Shown one piece after another: positions 1-9,215 of a DNA stretch of 64,000 bases. Location of the stretch: NCBI GenBank assembly GCA_963782055.1, contig CAWAIF010000003.1:256001-320000 (forward strand), written 5' to 3'. The notes under the pieces were generated by a model. That model had not been told where the DNA came from and searched no databases. It saw only the letters and a list, made by a program, of their open reading frames with translations. Numbering within the stretch: position 1 is the first letter of the stretch; the number at the start of each line of letters is the position of its first letter. Source of the DNA: an uncultured delta proteobacterium. Its GTDB lineage: Bacteria; Myxococcota_A; Polyangia; Polyangiales; Polyangiaceae. The position numbers and the translations under genes are program-made.

Positions 1-1
1 C

Positions 2-706
2 TCCATCCCGCCGCCGCGCAGCCTGCTGGACGGCAAGGCCCACAAGGTCTTCGCCTACGGCATCGACTCCAGCCCGCAGGGACAGAACGCGCAGCTGAGC
101 ACCTCTCCGAAGAGCTTCACCTGCAAGGCGCCGGCGATTCCGGATGGCACCATCCGCCGGTGGGTCACCAACCCCAAGTCCTTCGCCGCCTGGAAGTTCG
201 ACGCCTTCACCGAGGTGGCGCACTACGCCGACGCGACGCTGAGCGCCGTGCCGAAGGGCGCCGACGCGCCGGCCGCGCCGGAGCTGGTGCAGGGCGACGA
301 CGGCTCGCCGGCGGTCTACGTGATGGACGGCGCGAGCAAGCGGCACGTGACCGACCCGGTGTCCTTCGCCGCGTGGGGCTTCGACTGGGGCGCCATCAAG
401 AAGGTGCCCGCCGCGCAGCTCGACGCGGCGGCGGTGGGCCCCGACTGGCCGGCAGCGCCGCTGCTGGTGCAGGGCTCCGGGCCGGAGGTGGACATGCTGG
501 ACGTCGCGCCGCCGACGGTGGACCCCGGCGGTGCGTCCGGCAGCCCGGGCAACCCGGCGGACCCTGGCTCCTCCGGCGGCGCGGGTGGCACGACGCAGCA
601 GGGCGCGGGTGGCTGCAACGCGGGCGCGGGCGGCGCGGACGGCGCAGGGGCGATGCTCCTGGGACTCGCCATGGTCCTCGCGACGCGCCGCCGTCGCGCG
701 GCGTAG
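2..706 (+). CDS. Secreted protein with C-terminal MYXO-CTERM sorting signal (5' partial)
   Basis: Frame is open from base 2 (SIPPPRSLLDGKAHKVFAYGID...). Two related motifs, RRWVTNPKSFAAWKFD and KRHVTDPVSFAAWGFDW. Ends GGC-x-G/A-rich, hydrophobic stretch, RRRR (GGCNAGAGG...MLLGLAMVLATRRRRAA). Confidence 0.8.
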   Translation, partial: SIPPPRSLLDGKAHKVFAYGIDSSPQGQNAQLSTSPKSFTCKAPAIPDGTIRRWVTNPKSFAAWKFDAFTEVAHYADATLSAVPKGADAPAAPELVQGDDGSPAVYVMDGASKRHVTDPVSFAAWGFDWGAIKKVPAAQLDAAAVGPDWPAAPLLVQGSGPEVDMLDVAPPTVDPGGASGSPGNPADPGSSGGAGGTTQQGAGGCNAGAGGADGAGAMLLGLAMVLATRRRRAA

Positions 707-760
707 CCATCCCCCGCTCTTGAAGGGCCGGCGCTCCGGCGCGAGCTGAGCGCAGCGCGG

Positions 761-1630
761 TCAGGGGCCCAGGCCCGACGACGCCACGCAGCGCCCGTCG
801 CGGCACGTGGCGGACATGGCGGGCTGGTACGCGCAGCCCATCGCCGGACAGTGGGGCGGGCGGGTGCACGTCTTCGCGTAGCTCGCCGCGTAGGCCGCGG
901 CCCTGTCGCGGCGGATCGCGTTCCGGCAGCCGCACGGGTTGCCGCAGCACCCGGGCACGTTCGGGCAGAAGATGGTGCAGTCCGCGGAGGTGGTGCAGGC
1001 GCGATCGCCGCCGGACGCGGGTCTAGAGGGCGGCGCGGCGGGGACGACGAAGGTCGCGGCCGTGCTGCACTCCGCGCGGATTCCCTCCGGCGGCACCGCG
1101 CGAACCCGGTGGTGCCCGGGCGGCACGGCCGCGTGACATGCGTCCCGACGCAGGCCTACCTCGGCGGAGCCGATGCGACGCGTGGCGGCGGGCGCGAGGT
1201 GGACGTGCTCCGCGCGCCGCGTCCCCGCGCACGCACCCTTCCTGCAGGCGTCCTCGTAGTCGAAACCCTCGCCCAGACCCTCGAAGGCGACGGGGCCGCG
1301 CGGGCAGCGATCCGGGAGGTCGAAGTCCGCCGGCGCGCCGCTGGTGTTGTCGGCGAACACCTCCACGACGACCGAATCGGCCTGCACACGCGCCCTCGTG
1401 TGGAGCATGATCGGGCAGGGCGAGGTCGCGACAGGTGGTGTCGAGGCGCTGGCGACGGGGGGCGCCGCAGGTATCGTCGTCGTCGGGGCGGCGCTGGTGA
1501 CCGGCGTCGGCGTCTCGTAGGTGACCGGCTCCGGCGGCGGGCCGTGGTAGCGCGCCGGCGGCGTCGACGCCGCGCACGCGCTGACGAGCGTGACCGTCAC
1601 CAGAAGGGCCCGGAGGAGGTGGCGCGTCAT
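761..1630 (-). CDS. Cys-rich lipoprotein, hypothetical
   Basis: Signal peptide with lipobox VSAC, Pro/Thr linker, and Cys-rich C-terminal domain (CTTSADC...CCGNPCGC...CRDGRC). ATG at 1630 has AAGGGA upstream. Confidence 0.7.
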   Translation of the reverse strand: MTRHLLRALLVTVTLVSACAASTPPARYHGPPPEPVTYETPTPVTSAAPTTTIPAAPPVASASTPPVATSPCPIMLHTRARVQADSVVVEVFADNTSGAPADFDLPDRCPRGPVAFEGLGEGFDYEDACRKGACAGTRRAEHVHLAPAATRRIGSAEVGLRRDACHAAVPPGHHRVRAVPPEGIRAECSTAATFVVPAAPPSRPASGGDRACTTSADCTIFCPNVPGCCGNPCGCRNAIRRDRAAAYAASYAKTCTRPPHCPAMGCAYQPAMSATCRDGRCVASSGLGP

Positions 1631-1750
1631 GATCCCTTTGCCGGGATGGACGCGGGAGGGGTCGCGCGATTCATGCACCCATCGAACCACGGTCCGCGCG
1701 CCGCCGGATCACGTTCGGCTCGCGGCGCGGATCCGCGGTAGATTCCGGTC

Positions 1751-4426
1751 GTGCTTTCCCGTCGCTTCCTCGCCCTCGCCCCCCTGCTCGTCGCGCTCGC
1801 CTGCACCGAGACTAGCCCCGACTCCTTCGGGCCCCCGCAGCCCGCCGACGACTGCGCCGACTTCTCCACCCCGCAGGGCTTCGTCGACGCGGTCAAGTGC
1901 GACAGCTATCGCTCCTGCGCCTTCCAGTGCTCCTGCACCGAGCCGGAGAAGCCCTACGCGTGCCCGGGCATGCGCCCGTGGGACGCGGTCGCCCACGCCG
2001 GGGCGTGCGGCGCCTTCGACGGCACCACCTACCCGACCGTCGTCCCCGGCAAGTGCACCGCCACCGCGCCGGACCTGGACGCGAAGAAGTACGCCGGCGC
2101 CGACCCCGACGTGCCCGGCCGTTATCACCTCGGCGACGGCCACTTCGTCCAGCCCGCAGGTCACGAGCAGGTGGTGCGCGGCGACGGCATCCGCAGCGCC
2201 TTCCTGGTGGACGCGCTGCTCGTGCCTGGGACGTCCTACGCGGTGCTCGTCGACGCGGGCGTGAAGGACAACGCGGTCTACTCCATCGACCTGGACGCCC
2301 TCGCCGCCGACCAGCCGGCCCTCGTCACCTCCGTCGCCTTCCCGAGGCCGGAGCAGGTGGACTACGGGATGGCGTTCGAGGCGCCGGATCACGTCATCGT
2401 CTCCGGCGCGGGCAACGGCAAGCTCTTCTTTTTCACCATCGACACGCAGACGGGCAAGCTCACGCGCGACGAGGCGAGCGACGTGGACCTCGGGGCCTCG
2501 GTCTCCGGCCGGTCGACGGGCTGGTACTCCGGCGGCCTCGCCGTCACCGCCGACCCGAACAAGCTGCTGGTGGCCGCCGCCACCGACGACACCACCGCGC
2601 GCGTGGTGGATCTCGCGCAGAAGAAGTGGACCACCATCGACGTTGGGCCCGCGCAGGAGTTCTTCGGGCTCTTCGCCGATCCCAACGATCCCAACCAGAA
2701 CACCTACTACCTCACGACGTACGACACCCGGGAGCTGCTGCGTCTGGACCTCGCGAGCGGCAAGGTGTCGGCGCGGATGTCCACCGGGAAGAACCCGGAG
2801 GGCGTCGCCTTCCTCGGCACCACGCACATCGCCGTCGCCAACAGCGACGATGACACCATCGGCGTCTACGACGCCGTCTCCGGGGACGTCGTGCAGACCC
2901 TCTCGGTGCGCCCCGACCCGTCCTACACCGGCGCGCAGCCGGGCGTCCTCGCCTACGATGCCTCCCGGCAGCGCCTCTACGCCACCCTCTCCGGCATCAA
3001 CGCCATCGGCGTCTACGCCTTCGACCAAAGCCAGGGCGCACCGCTCACCCCGCTCGGGGAGATCCCCACCGGCTGGTGGCCCACCGTCCTGCGGCTGCGC
3101 CCCGACGGGAGCCTCTTCGTCGCCAACGCCAAGGGCCGCAGCACCGGTCCGACGAGCACCGACGAGACGCCGGAGGCGATGAAGGGGAGCGTGCAGCTCA
3201 TCCCCGCGCCGAGCGACAGCGAGCTCGCCGACATGACGAAGGTGGTGATCGCGTCGCGCAGCAAGACGCCGGCGGAGGGCTACCCCACCGTCACCTGCCC
3301 GCAGGGCGCGCAGTACGACTTCCCCGTCCCGCTCACCAACGACGCCGGCCCCAGCACCAAGATCCAGCATGTCGTCTACGTCATCCGGGAGAACAAGACC
3401 TTCGACGACCTCTTCGGCGACCTGCCCGACCTCAACGGCGAGCCGAAGGACGTCATGTCGCCCGGCAAGATGGACGAGTACTGGCAGAACGCGCGCGCCC
3501 TCGCGCAGACCTTCACCAACTTCGACAACTACTACATCGCCGCCGAGCAATCGCTGCAGGGGCACGTGTGGACCGCCTACGGCCGCTCCACCGACTGGAT
3601 TGAGCGCACCTGGAGCACCACCTGGGGCCGCGCGGTGCGCCTGCCGCGCGCGGGCATCGAACCGAAGTTCGGCTCGCCGGCGGAGGGGTCGCTCTTCGTC
3701 TGGGCCGACCGCAACCAGATCCCCTACCAGGACATGGGGGAGATCGTCGGCACCGGCGCGCAGGGCTTCGACACCAACTACCCCGGCATCGTCTACAGCC
3801 AGACCGTGCCCGACACCGAGAAGGCCTGCTACCTCGCCGCGCGCGCCCGCGCGACCTGCGATCTGTCCGCGCTCTCCTACGTGGTGCTGCCCAACGACCA
3901 CACCGTCGGCGACACGCCAGGCTCGCCCACGCCGGAGCTGATGATCGCCGTCAACGATGTGGCCACCGGGATGATCGTCGACGCCATCTCGCACTCGCCG
4001 ATGTGGCCGACGACGCTCATCGTCATCACCGAGGACGACCCGCAGGACGGCTACGACCACGTGGACGGCCACCGGACGCCGTTCTTCCTGGCCTCGCCCT
4101 GGGTCAAGCGTGGCTACGTCAGCCACACCGACATCGGCGCCGGGTCCATCCACAAGCTCTTCGCGCACCTCTTCGGCAAGCCTTACCAGAGCGAGAGCGT
4201 GGCCAGCGCGGCCATCCCCTACGACGCCTTCACCAGCACGCCCGACTACACGCCCTACAACTTCAAGCCGCTGGTGACGCCGGTATCGTGCAACCCCTCC
4301 GCCGACAAGATGGGCGGCTCGGGCGGCACGACGCAGCACTGGGACTTCACCTTGCCGGACAACCAGCCGGGCCTCCCCCAGCAGGTGCTGGACCACATGC
4401 GCCACCTGGGCTCCCGGGCCCGCTGA
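1751..4426 (+). CDS. YncE-like beta-propeller + alkaline phosphatase-superfamily phosphoesterase lipoprotein
   Basis: Lipobox ALAC; propeller repeats (TGKNPEGVAF, IPTGWWPT, LFVANAKG); phosphoesterase motifs HVVYVIRENKTFDDLFGD, SLQGH, LPNDHT, EDDPQDGYDHVDGHR. Confidence 0.85.
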   Translation: MLSRRFLALAPLLVALACTETSPDSFGPPQPADDCADFSTPQGFVDAVKCDSYRSCAFQCSCTEPEKPYACPGMRPWDAVAHAGACGAFDGTTYPTVVPGKCTATAPDLDAKKYAGADPDVPGRYHLGDGHFVQPAGHEQVVRGDGIRSAFLVDALLVPGTSYAVLVDAGVKDNAVYSIDLDALAADQPALVTSVAFPRPEQVDYGMAFEAPDHVIVSGAGNGKLFFFTIDTQTGKLTRDEASDVDLGASVSGRSTGWYSGGLAVTADPNKLLVAAATDDTTARVVDLAQKKWTTIDVGPAQEFFGLFADPNDPNQNTYYLTTYDTRELLRLDLASGKVSARMSTGKNPEGVAFLGTTHIAVANSDDDTIGVYDAVSGDVVQTLSVRPDPSYTGAQPGVLAYDASRQRLYATLSGINAIGVYAFDQSQGAPLTPLGEIPTGWWPTVLRLRPDGSLFVANAKGRSTGPTSTDETPEAMKGSVQLIPAPSDSELADMTKVVIASRSKTPAEGYPTVTCPQGAQYDFPVPLTNDAGPSTKIQHVVYVIRENKTFDDLFGDLPDLNGEPKDVMSPGKMDEYWQNARALAQTFTNFDNYYIAAEQSLQGHVWTAYGRSTDWIERTWSTTWGRAVRLPRAGIEPKFGSPAEGSLFVWADRNQIPYQDMGEIVGTGAQGFDTNYPGIVYSQTVPDTEKACYLAARARATCDLSALSYVVLPNDHTVGDTPGSPTPELMIAVNDVATGMIVDAISHSPMWPTTLIVITEDDPQDGYDHVDGHRTPFFLASPWVKRGYVSHTDIGAGSIHKLFAHLFGKPYQSESVASAAIPYDAFTSTPDYTPYNFKPLVTPVSCNPSADKMGGSGGTTQHWDFTLPDNQPGLPQQVLDHMRHLGSRAR

Positions 4427-4548
4427 GCCGTCTCAGCCGTGTCCGCGGCGTGCCCCGAAATCCCCCTTGCCGGGCGCTCCACGCTGATCGAATCGCGCCG
4501 TGATCCGTCCAACAGAGGTGACCCCCGACCCGGCGCCGCCCCTTTTTC

Positions 4549-4606
4549 ATTGTACTTTACAATCGTTCGACAGGTTGTCGCCCGCCGGGCGAGCACCCTG
4601 TAGACT
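4549..4606 (+). promoter_or_regulatory. AT-rich palindromic operator(s) and -10-like hexamers upstream of the kinase gene
   Basis: ATTGTA-CTT-TACAAT (4549-4563), CGACA-GGT-TGTCG (4568-4580), TAGACT (4601-4606). Confidence 0.5.
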
Positions 4607-4618
4607 CGGAATCCTCAC

Positions 4619-6331
4619 ATGACCCAACCTGCGCAAGGGCCGGAGCGCCTCCTCGGCGCCGAGATCGCCGGCAAGTACAAGATCGTGCGCGTCCTCGGCG
4701 AGGGCGGCATGGGCTGCGTCTACCAGGGCGAGCAGAAGCTCGGCACCACCATCCGCAAGGTGGCGATCAAGACGCTGCACGAGCACCTCTCCCACGATCC
4801 CAAGATCCTCGCCCGCTTCGAGCGGGAGGTGGGCACCGTCGCCGGGCTGCAGCACCCGAACACCATCCAGGTGTTCGACTTCGGCAACATGGACGACGGC
4901 ACGCTCTACATCGTGATGGAGTTCGTCGAGGGGCAGAGCGTCGCCACCGTGCTGGAGACCACCGGCGCGATGGAGCCTGCCCGCGTGCAGAAGATCATGG
5001 AGCAGGTGTGCGGCTCGCTGGAGGAGGCGCACAAGCAGGGCATCGTGCACCGTGACCTGAAGCCGGACAACATCGTGCTCTGCGAGCGCGCCGGGCAGAA
5101 GGACTGGGTGGAGGTCCTCGACTTCGGCATCGCCAAGCGCTCCACCGAGGTCGATGCCCAGGAGCAGAAGCTCACCCAGCAGGGCATGGTGCTCGGGACG
5201 CCGCCCTACATGAGCCCGGAGCAGTTCACCGGCAAGCCGGTGGACAGCCGCAGCGACATCTACGCCCTGGGCGTGATGGCCTACGAGATGCTCACCGCCG
5301 AGCTGCCCTTCAGCGGCAACACGGCGTGGGAGTGGGCGACGGCGCACATGACGGCCCAGCCCCGGCCGATGGACACCATCCCCATCGCGGGGCGCATCCC
5401 CCCGGCGATGAAGGCGGCGATCACCCGTGCCCTGGAGAAGGAGCCGAACAACCGCTTCGCCACGGTGACGGAGTTCTATCAGGCGTTCTCCGGCGGCGGC
5501 CACGTCGCGGCGATGCCGGCGCACACCGCGGCGATGGCGGCCGGCGGCGCGATGGCGGCCGGCGGCGGCGCGGGCTTCGGGCGCGGCCAGACGCAGGTCG
5601 GCGGACCCATCGAGCCTCCCCCCGGGACCGGCGGCTTCGGTGCGCCGATGGCGACGCCCCCTGGCGGCACGCCGATGGGGCCGCCCGTCTCCAACCCCTA
5701 CCAGGCCGCCGGCGTGAACGCGCCGATGGGCGGCGGGCCGTACGGCACGCCTGCGCAGGGCAACCAGGCGTACACGCCGCAACCCTTCCCGCAGGCGCCG
5801 CAGATGCAGCGCAAGAAGGGCGGCGGCGGGCTGATCATCGCGCTCATCGCGCTCGGCGGGCTGCTCTCCGTCGGCGCGCTCGCGGCGTACTTCATCACCA
5901 GCCACAGGAGCAGCAGCGGCGGCGAGACGGTGGACACCTCCACCGCGGCGACGGACACCGGCATCCCGACGACGACGCTCACCGGCGCGACGACCGCCAC
6001 GACGGCCGCGCCCACCGACACCGGCACCGCCGCGCCGCTGGCCTCGCTCAACGCGACGACGACCCACACCAACCCGCCGCCGACGGCGCACGCGACGACG
6101 ACGCACCCGACGGCCACGGCGACGACGCATCCGACGGCGACGGCGACGGCGACGACGCATCCGACGGCCACGGCGACGACGCCCACCGCCACCGCGACGG
6201 CGACGACACCCCCGCCGCCCCAGCCGAAGGAGTGCGCGCTCGCTCTGTACATGCACAACCGGCACATCGCGCGCGAGGCGAACCGCCTGAGGGCGATGTG
6301 CATCAGCAAAGGAGGAAGGGCCCCGTGGTGA
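4619..6331 (+). CDS. Membrane Ser/Thr protein kinase with Thr-rich stalk and C-terminal C-x21-C domain
   Basis: LGEGGMGCVY, VAIK, HRDLKPDN, DFG, GTPPYMSPE, SDIYALG; TM helix LIIALIALGGLLSVGALAAYF; Thr-rich extracytoplasmic stalk. Confidence 0.95.
   Translation: MTQPAQGPERLLGAEIAGKYKIVRVLGEGGMGCVYQGEQKLGTTIRKVAIKTLHEHLSHDPKILARFEREVGTVAGLQHPNTIQVFDFGNMDDGTLYIVMEFVEGQSVATVLETTGAMEPARVQKIMEQVCGSLEEAHKQGIVHRDLKPDNIVLCERAGQKDWVEVLDFGIAKRSTEVDAQEQKLTQQGMVLGTPPYMSPEQFTGKPVDSRSDIYALGVMAYEMLTAELPFSGNTAWEWATAHMTAQPRPMDTIPIAGRIPPAMKAAITRALEKEPNNRFATVTEFYQAFSGGGHVAAMPAHTAAMAAGGAMAAGGGAGFGRGQTQVGGPIEPPPGTGGFGAPMATPPGGTPMGPPVSNPYQAAGVNAPMGGGPYGTPAQGNQAYTPQPFPQAPQMQRKKGGGGLIIALIALGGLLSVGALAAYFITSHRSSSGGETVDTSTAATDTGIPTTTLTGATTATTAAPTDTGTAAPLASLNATTTHTNPPPTAHATTTHPTATATTHPTATATATTHPTATATTPTATATATTPPPPQPKECALALYMHNRHIAREANRLRAMCISKGGRAPW
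6040..6220 (+). repeat. Coding low-complexity tandem repeats (TTHPTATA)
   Basis: Repeated acgacgca(c/t)ccgacggc units encoding TTHPTATA(TA). Confidence 0.75.
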
Positions 6332-6726
6332 ACCGAACGCTGCTTTTCGTCCTCGTGGCGGGCGCCGTCGCGCTCGTCGGATGCCGCAAGAAGCTGGACG
6401 TCACCGTGCCGGAAGCGGACGCCGGCGCCGCCGCACCGGTCGCCACAGTCACGGCCGCCGCGGACACCGCGAGCGCGGCGGCGACCGCCGCGACAGACTC
6501 CGTCGAGCCGCTCGCGAGCCTCGCGCCCACCAAGCCGCCGCCCCCGGTGGTCGGCGCGGCCGCGGCCAAGGTGGTCAAGCCCGCCGCCAGCGCGGCCGCC
6601 GCGGCCGCCGCCGCAGGTGGCGAGCCGAAGGAGTGCGCGCTGGCCCGCAAGATGAAGGAAAAGGGCCTGATGCGGGAGTTTGACACCCTGTCGAAGCTCT
6701 GCACGCAGAAGGGCGGAAAGATCTGA
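6328..6726 (+). CDS. Lipoprotein sharing the upstream kinase's C-terminal domain
   Basis: GTGA overlap with kinase stop; GGAGG upstream; MNRTLLFVLVAGAVALVG-C lipobox; Ala-rich stalk; PKECALA...CTQKGG. Confidence 0.85.
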   Translation: MNRTLLFVLVAGAVALVGCRKKLDVTVPEADAGAAAPVATVTAAADTASAAATAATDSVEPLASLAPTKPPPPVVGAAAAKVVKPAASAAAAAAAAGGEPKECALARKMKEKGLMREFDTLSKLCTQKGGKI

Positions 6727-6745
6727 ACGGCCGCCGGAGCCTCGG

Positions 6746-9205
6746 GTGAGCGACGACGCGAAGAACGCCACCAAGGGTAGCGAGTACGCGCCGTCCATCC
6801 TCCCCGGCGACCCTGGCGCCCCGGAGGTCGTGGCCGGCCGCTACGAGGTGCTCGGCCTGCTCGGCGTGGGCGGGATGGGCGCCGTCTACAAGGTCCGTGA
6901 CCGCGAGCTGGACGAGGTCGTGGCCCTCAAGATGCTGCGTCGCGACCTCGCCCAGACGCCCGGTATCCTGGAGCGCTTCCGGCGGGAGGTGAAGCTTGCG
7001 CGGCGCGTGACGCACCCCAACGTCGCGCGCACCTACGACCTGGGCGAGCACGGCGGTGACCGCTTCATCACGATGGAGCTCATCGCCGGCGAGTCGCTCG
7101 GCGCGGTGCTGTCACGGCAAGGCCGGCTGAGCCTCACCCGCGCGACGGAGATCCTCGGGCCCGTGTGCGCCGGGCTCGCGGCCGCGCACGCCGCGGGCGT
7201 GGTGCACCGCGATCTGAAGCCGGACAACATCCTGATCGAGGCTCGCGCAGCCCAGCGCAGCGAGCCGAGGATCTCCGGGGGTGTTGGGGGCAGAGGAGTC
7301 GACTCGGCCCCCGGCCCCTCGCGGCGCAGCGGGGAACTGTACGAGCGTGTGGCGATCACCGACTTCGGCATCGCCCGCGCCGAGGAGGGAAGCGGCGCGC
7401 AGCGCACGATGATCCCGGTGGGCACGCCCGCATACATGGCGCCGGAGCAGGTGGAGGCGGCGCCCGACATCGACGCGCGCGCCGACATCTACGCCCTCGG
7501 GGCGATGCTCTACGAGATGCTCACCGGCCAGCTCCCCTGGCAGGGCGACTCGGTCTACGCCGTCGCCGCGATGCGCCTGATGCAACCGCCGCCGGACCCG
7601 CGCAAGCTCCGGCCGGACCTCCCGGACGCCGTCGCCCAGCTCGTGATGCGCTGCATGGCGCGCAGGCCGGAGGACCGCCCGGCGAGCGCGGCGGAGGTCG
7701 CGTCGCGCCTCGCCAGCGTGACGCTGCCCGCCGCCGAGAGCCTCGCCGGCGTATCGCAGCCCGCGCGCGCCGCGCCGGCCGAGGCCGCCGCCACCGACCC
7801 CGGCCACAAGACGGTGGCCGTGCTGCCCTTCCGCAACGCCGGCCCGCCGGAGGACGAGTACCTGGTGGACGGCCTCACCGACGATCTCATCGACGCCCTC
7901 TCCATGACGCCCGGGCTGCGCGTGCGCCCGCGCGGGGTGGTGATGGCGATGAAGGGGACCTCGCGCGACCCGCGCGAGATGGGTCGCGAGCTGGACGTGC
8001 AGGTGGTCGTCGACGGCACGGTGCGCACTATGGGGGACGCGCTGCGCGTCTCGGCCCGCGTCCTCTCGGTGGCCGACGGCTTCCAGCTCTGGGCCCGCCG
8101 CTTCGAGGGGACGCGCAGCGAGGTCTTCCGCATCGGTGACGAGGCGACGCAGGCGATCGCCGGGGCGCTGACCGTCAGGCGTCCTGCCGAGCGCGCGGTG
8201 CTCACCGACCCGGTGGCCGTGGACCTGTACCTGCGTGGACGTCACGAGTACTTCAAGTTCTGGGCGGAGGCGACGGACCGCGCCGCGCACTTGCTGGAGC
8301 AGGCCTACCAGAAGGCACCGGACGACCCGCTCATCATGGCCGGGTACGCGGCGGCGCTCGCGCGGCAGTTCGGTCTGGTGTCCACGCCGGAGCGGCACGC
8401 CCTCGCGCGGCAGGTCGCGGAGCGGGCCGTCGCGGCGGCGCCCAACCTCGGGGAGCCCCACAGCGCGCTGGGCGTCCTCCTCATGCACGAGGGCGACTCC
8501 GCCGGCAGTGCGCGGGAGGTCCGCCAGGCGATGCTCCACGCGCCCACCCTGGCCGACGCCTTCGACCAGGCCGCGCGGATGGCGAGCGAGACCGGACCCC
8601 TGGAGGCGGCCCTCGAGCTGACGCGCAGGGCAATCCAGCTCGAGCCGCGGCTCACCCACCTGCGTTACAACTGTCAGCTGCGCGCCTTCGCGCTCCGTGG
8701 GGAGTGGGACGAGGTGGAGAAGCTCACCGCGATCGTCCCGGTCGACTCCGACGAGGCCAACCTCTACTGGGTCAGCCGCGTGCGCACGGCGACGTGGCGC
8801 CGCGACCCGGCGGTCGCCGCCCGCATCCTGCACGAGATGGAGGGCGCGCCGCCCTTCAGCTTCTCCGGCATGGTGCAGGGCTTCTGCAACGCCATCTCCT
8901 CGCGCACGCTGCCGCCGGCGGTCCGGCAGATCTTCGTGCAGCGAACGAAGGACCCGGGCGCCACCGCGCGCACGCGCGCCTTCTTCCACCAGCTCCTCGC
9001 GGAGATGCTCGGCTACCTCGAGGACACCGACGCCGCCCTGCAGACGGTCGAGGGCGCGGTGAACGAGGGCCTGTTCGACGTGGTGTGGATGGACATGTGC
9101 CCCATCCTTGACGGCGTCCGCACGCGCCCCCGCTTCGCCGAGCTCCGGGCGACGGTCGCCGAGCGCGCCGACCGCGTGCGCGCCGAGCTGCTGGGCCCGG
9201 GCTGA
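6746..9205 (+). CDS. Ser/Thr kinase with TolB-N-like domain and TPR repeats
   Basis: LGVGGMGAVY, VALK, HRDLKPDN, DFG, GTPAYMAPE; VAVLPFRN...DGLTDDLIDALS module followed by helical TPR-like region. Start GTG 6746 is estimated. Confidence 0.92.
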   Translation: MSDDAKNATKGSEYAPSILPGDPGAPEVVAGRYEVLGLLGVGGMGAVYKVRDRELDEVVALKMLRRDLAQTPGILERFRREVKLARRVTHPNVARTYDLGEHGGDRFITMELIAGESLGAVLSRQGRLSLTRATEILGPVCAGLAAAHAAGVVHRDLKPDNILIEARAAQRSEPRISGGVGGRGVDSAPGPSRRSGELYERVAITDFGIARAEEGSGAQRTMIPVGTPAYMAPEQVEAAPDIDARADIYALGAMLYEMLTGQLPWQGDSVYAVAAMRLMQPPPDPRKLRPDLPDAVAQLVMRCMARRPEDRPASAAEVASRLASVTLPAAESLAGVSQPARAAPAEAAATDPGHKTVAVLPFRNAGPPEDEYLVDGLTDDLIDALSMTPGLRVRPRGVVMAMKGTSRDPREMGRELDVQVVVDGTVRTMGDALRVSARVLSVADGFQLWARRFEGTRSEVFRIGDEATQAIAGALTVRRPAERAVLTDPVAVDLYLRGRHEYFKFWAEATDRAAHLLEQAYQKAPDDPLIMAGYAAALARQFGLVSTPERHALARQVAERAVAAAPNLGEPHSALGVLLMHEGDSAGSAREVRQAMLHAPTLADAFDQAARMASETGPLEAALELTRRAIQLEPRLTHLRYNCQLRAFALRGEWDEVEKLTAIVPVDSDEANLYWVSRVRTATWRRDPAVAARILHEMEGAPPFSFSGMVQGFCNAISSRTLPPAVRQIFVQRTKDPGATARTRAFFHQLLAEMLGYLEDTDAALQTVEGAVNEGLFDVVWMDMCPILDGVRTRPRFAELRATVAERADRVRAELLGPG
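7241..7345. repeat. In-frame palindromic insertion within kinase domain
   Basis: About 30-35 extra codons between HRDLKPDNILIE and RVAITDFG, atypical A/T-ending codons, and hairpin GGGGGC-A-GAG-(7 nt)-CTC-G-GCCCCC at 7286-7312. Confidence 0.55.
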
Positions 9206-9215
9206 GCCCGCCGCG

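Noticed and set aside
6040..6220. CRISPR-like or non-coding repeat array (also 63500-63595)
   Set aside because: Repeats are in-frame, low-complexity coding linkers with no unique spacers, and no cas genes are present.
7237..7345. CGAG direct repeats as target-site duplication of the kinase insert
   Set aside because: A 4-mer is too common at this GC content, and exact excision would leave an unusually short loop.
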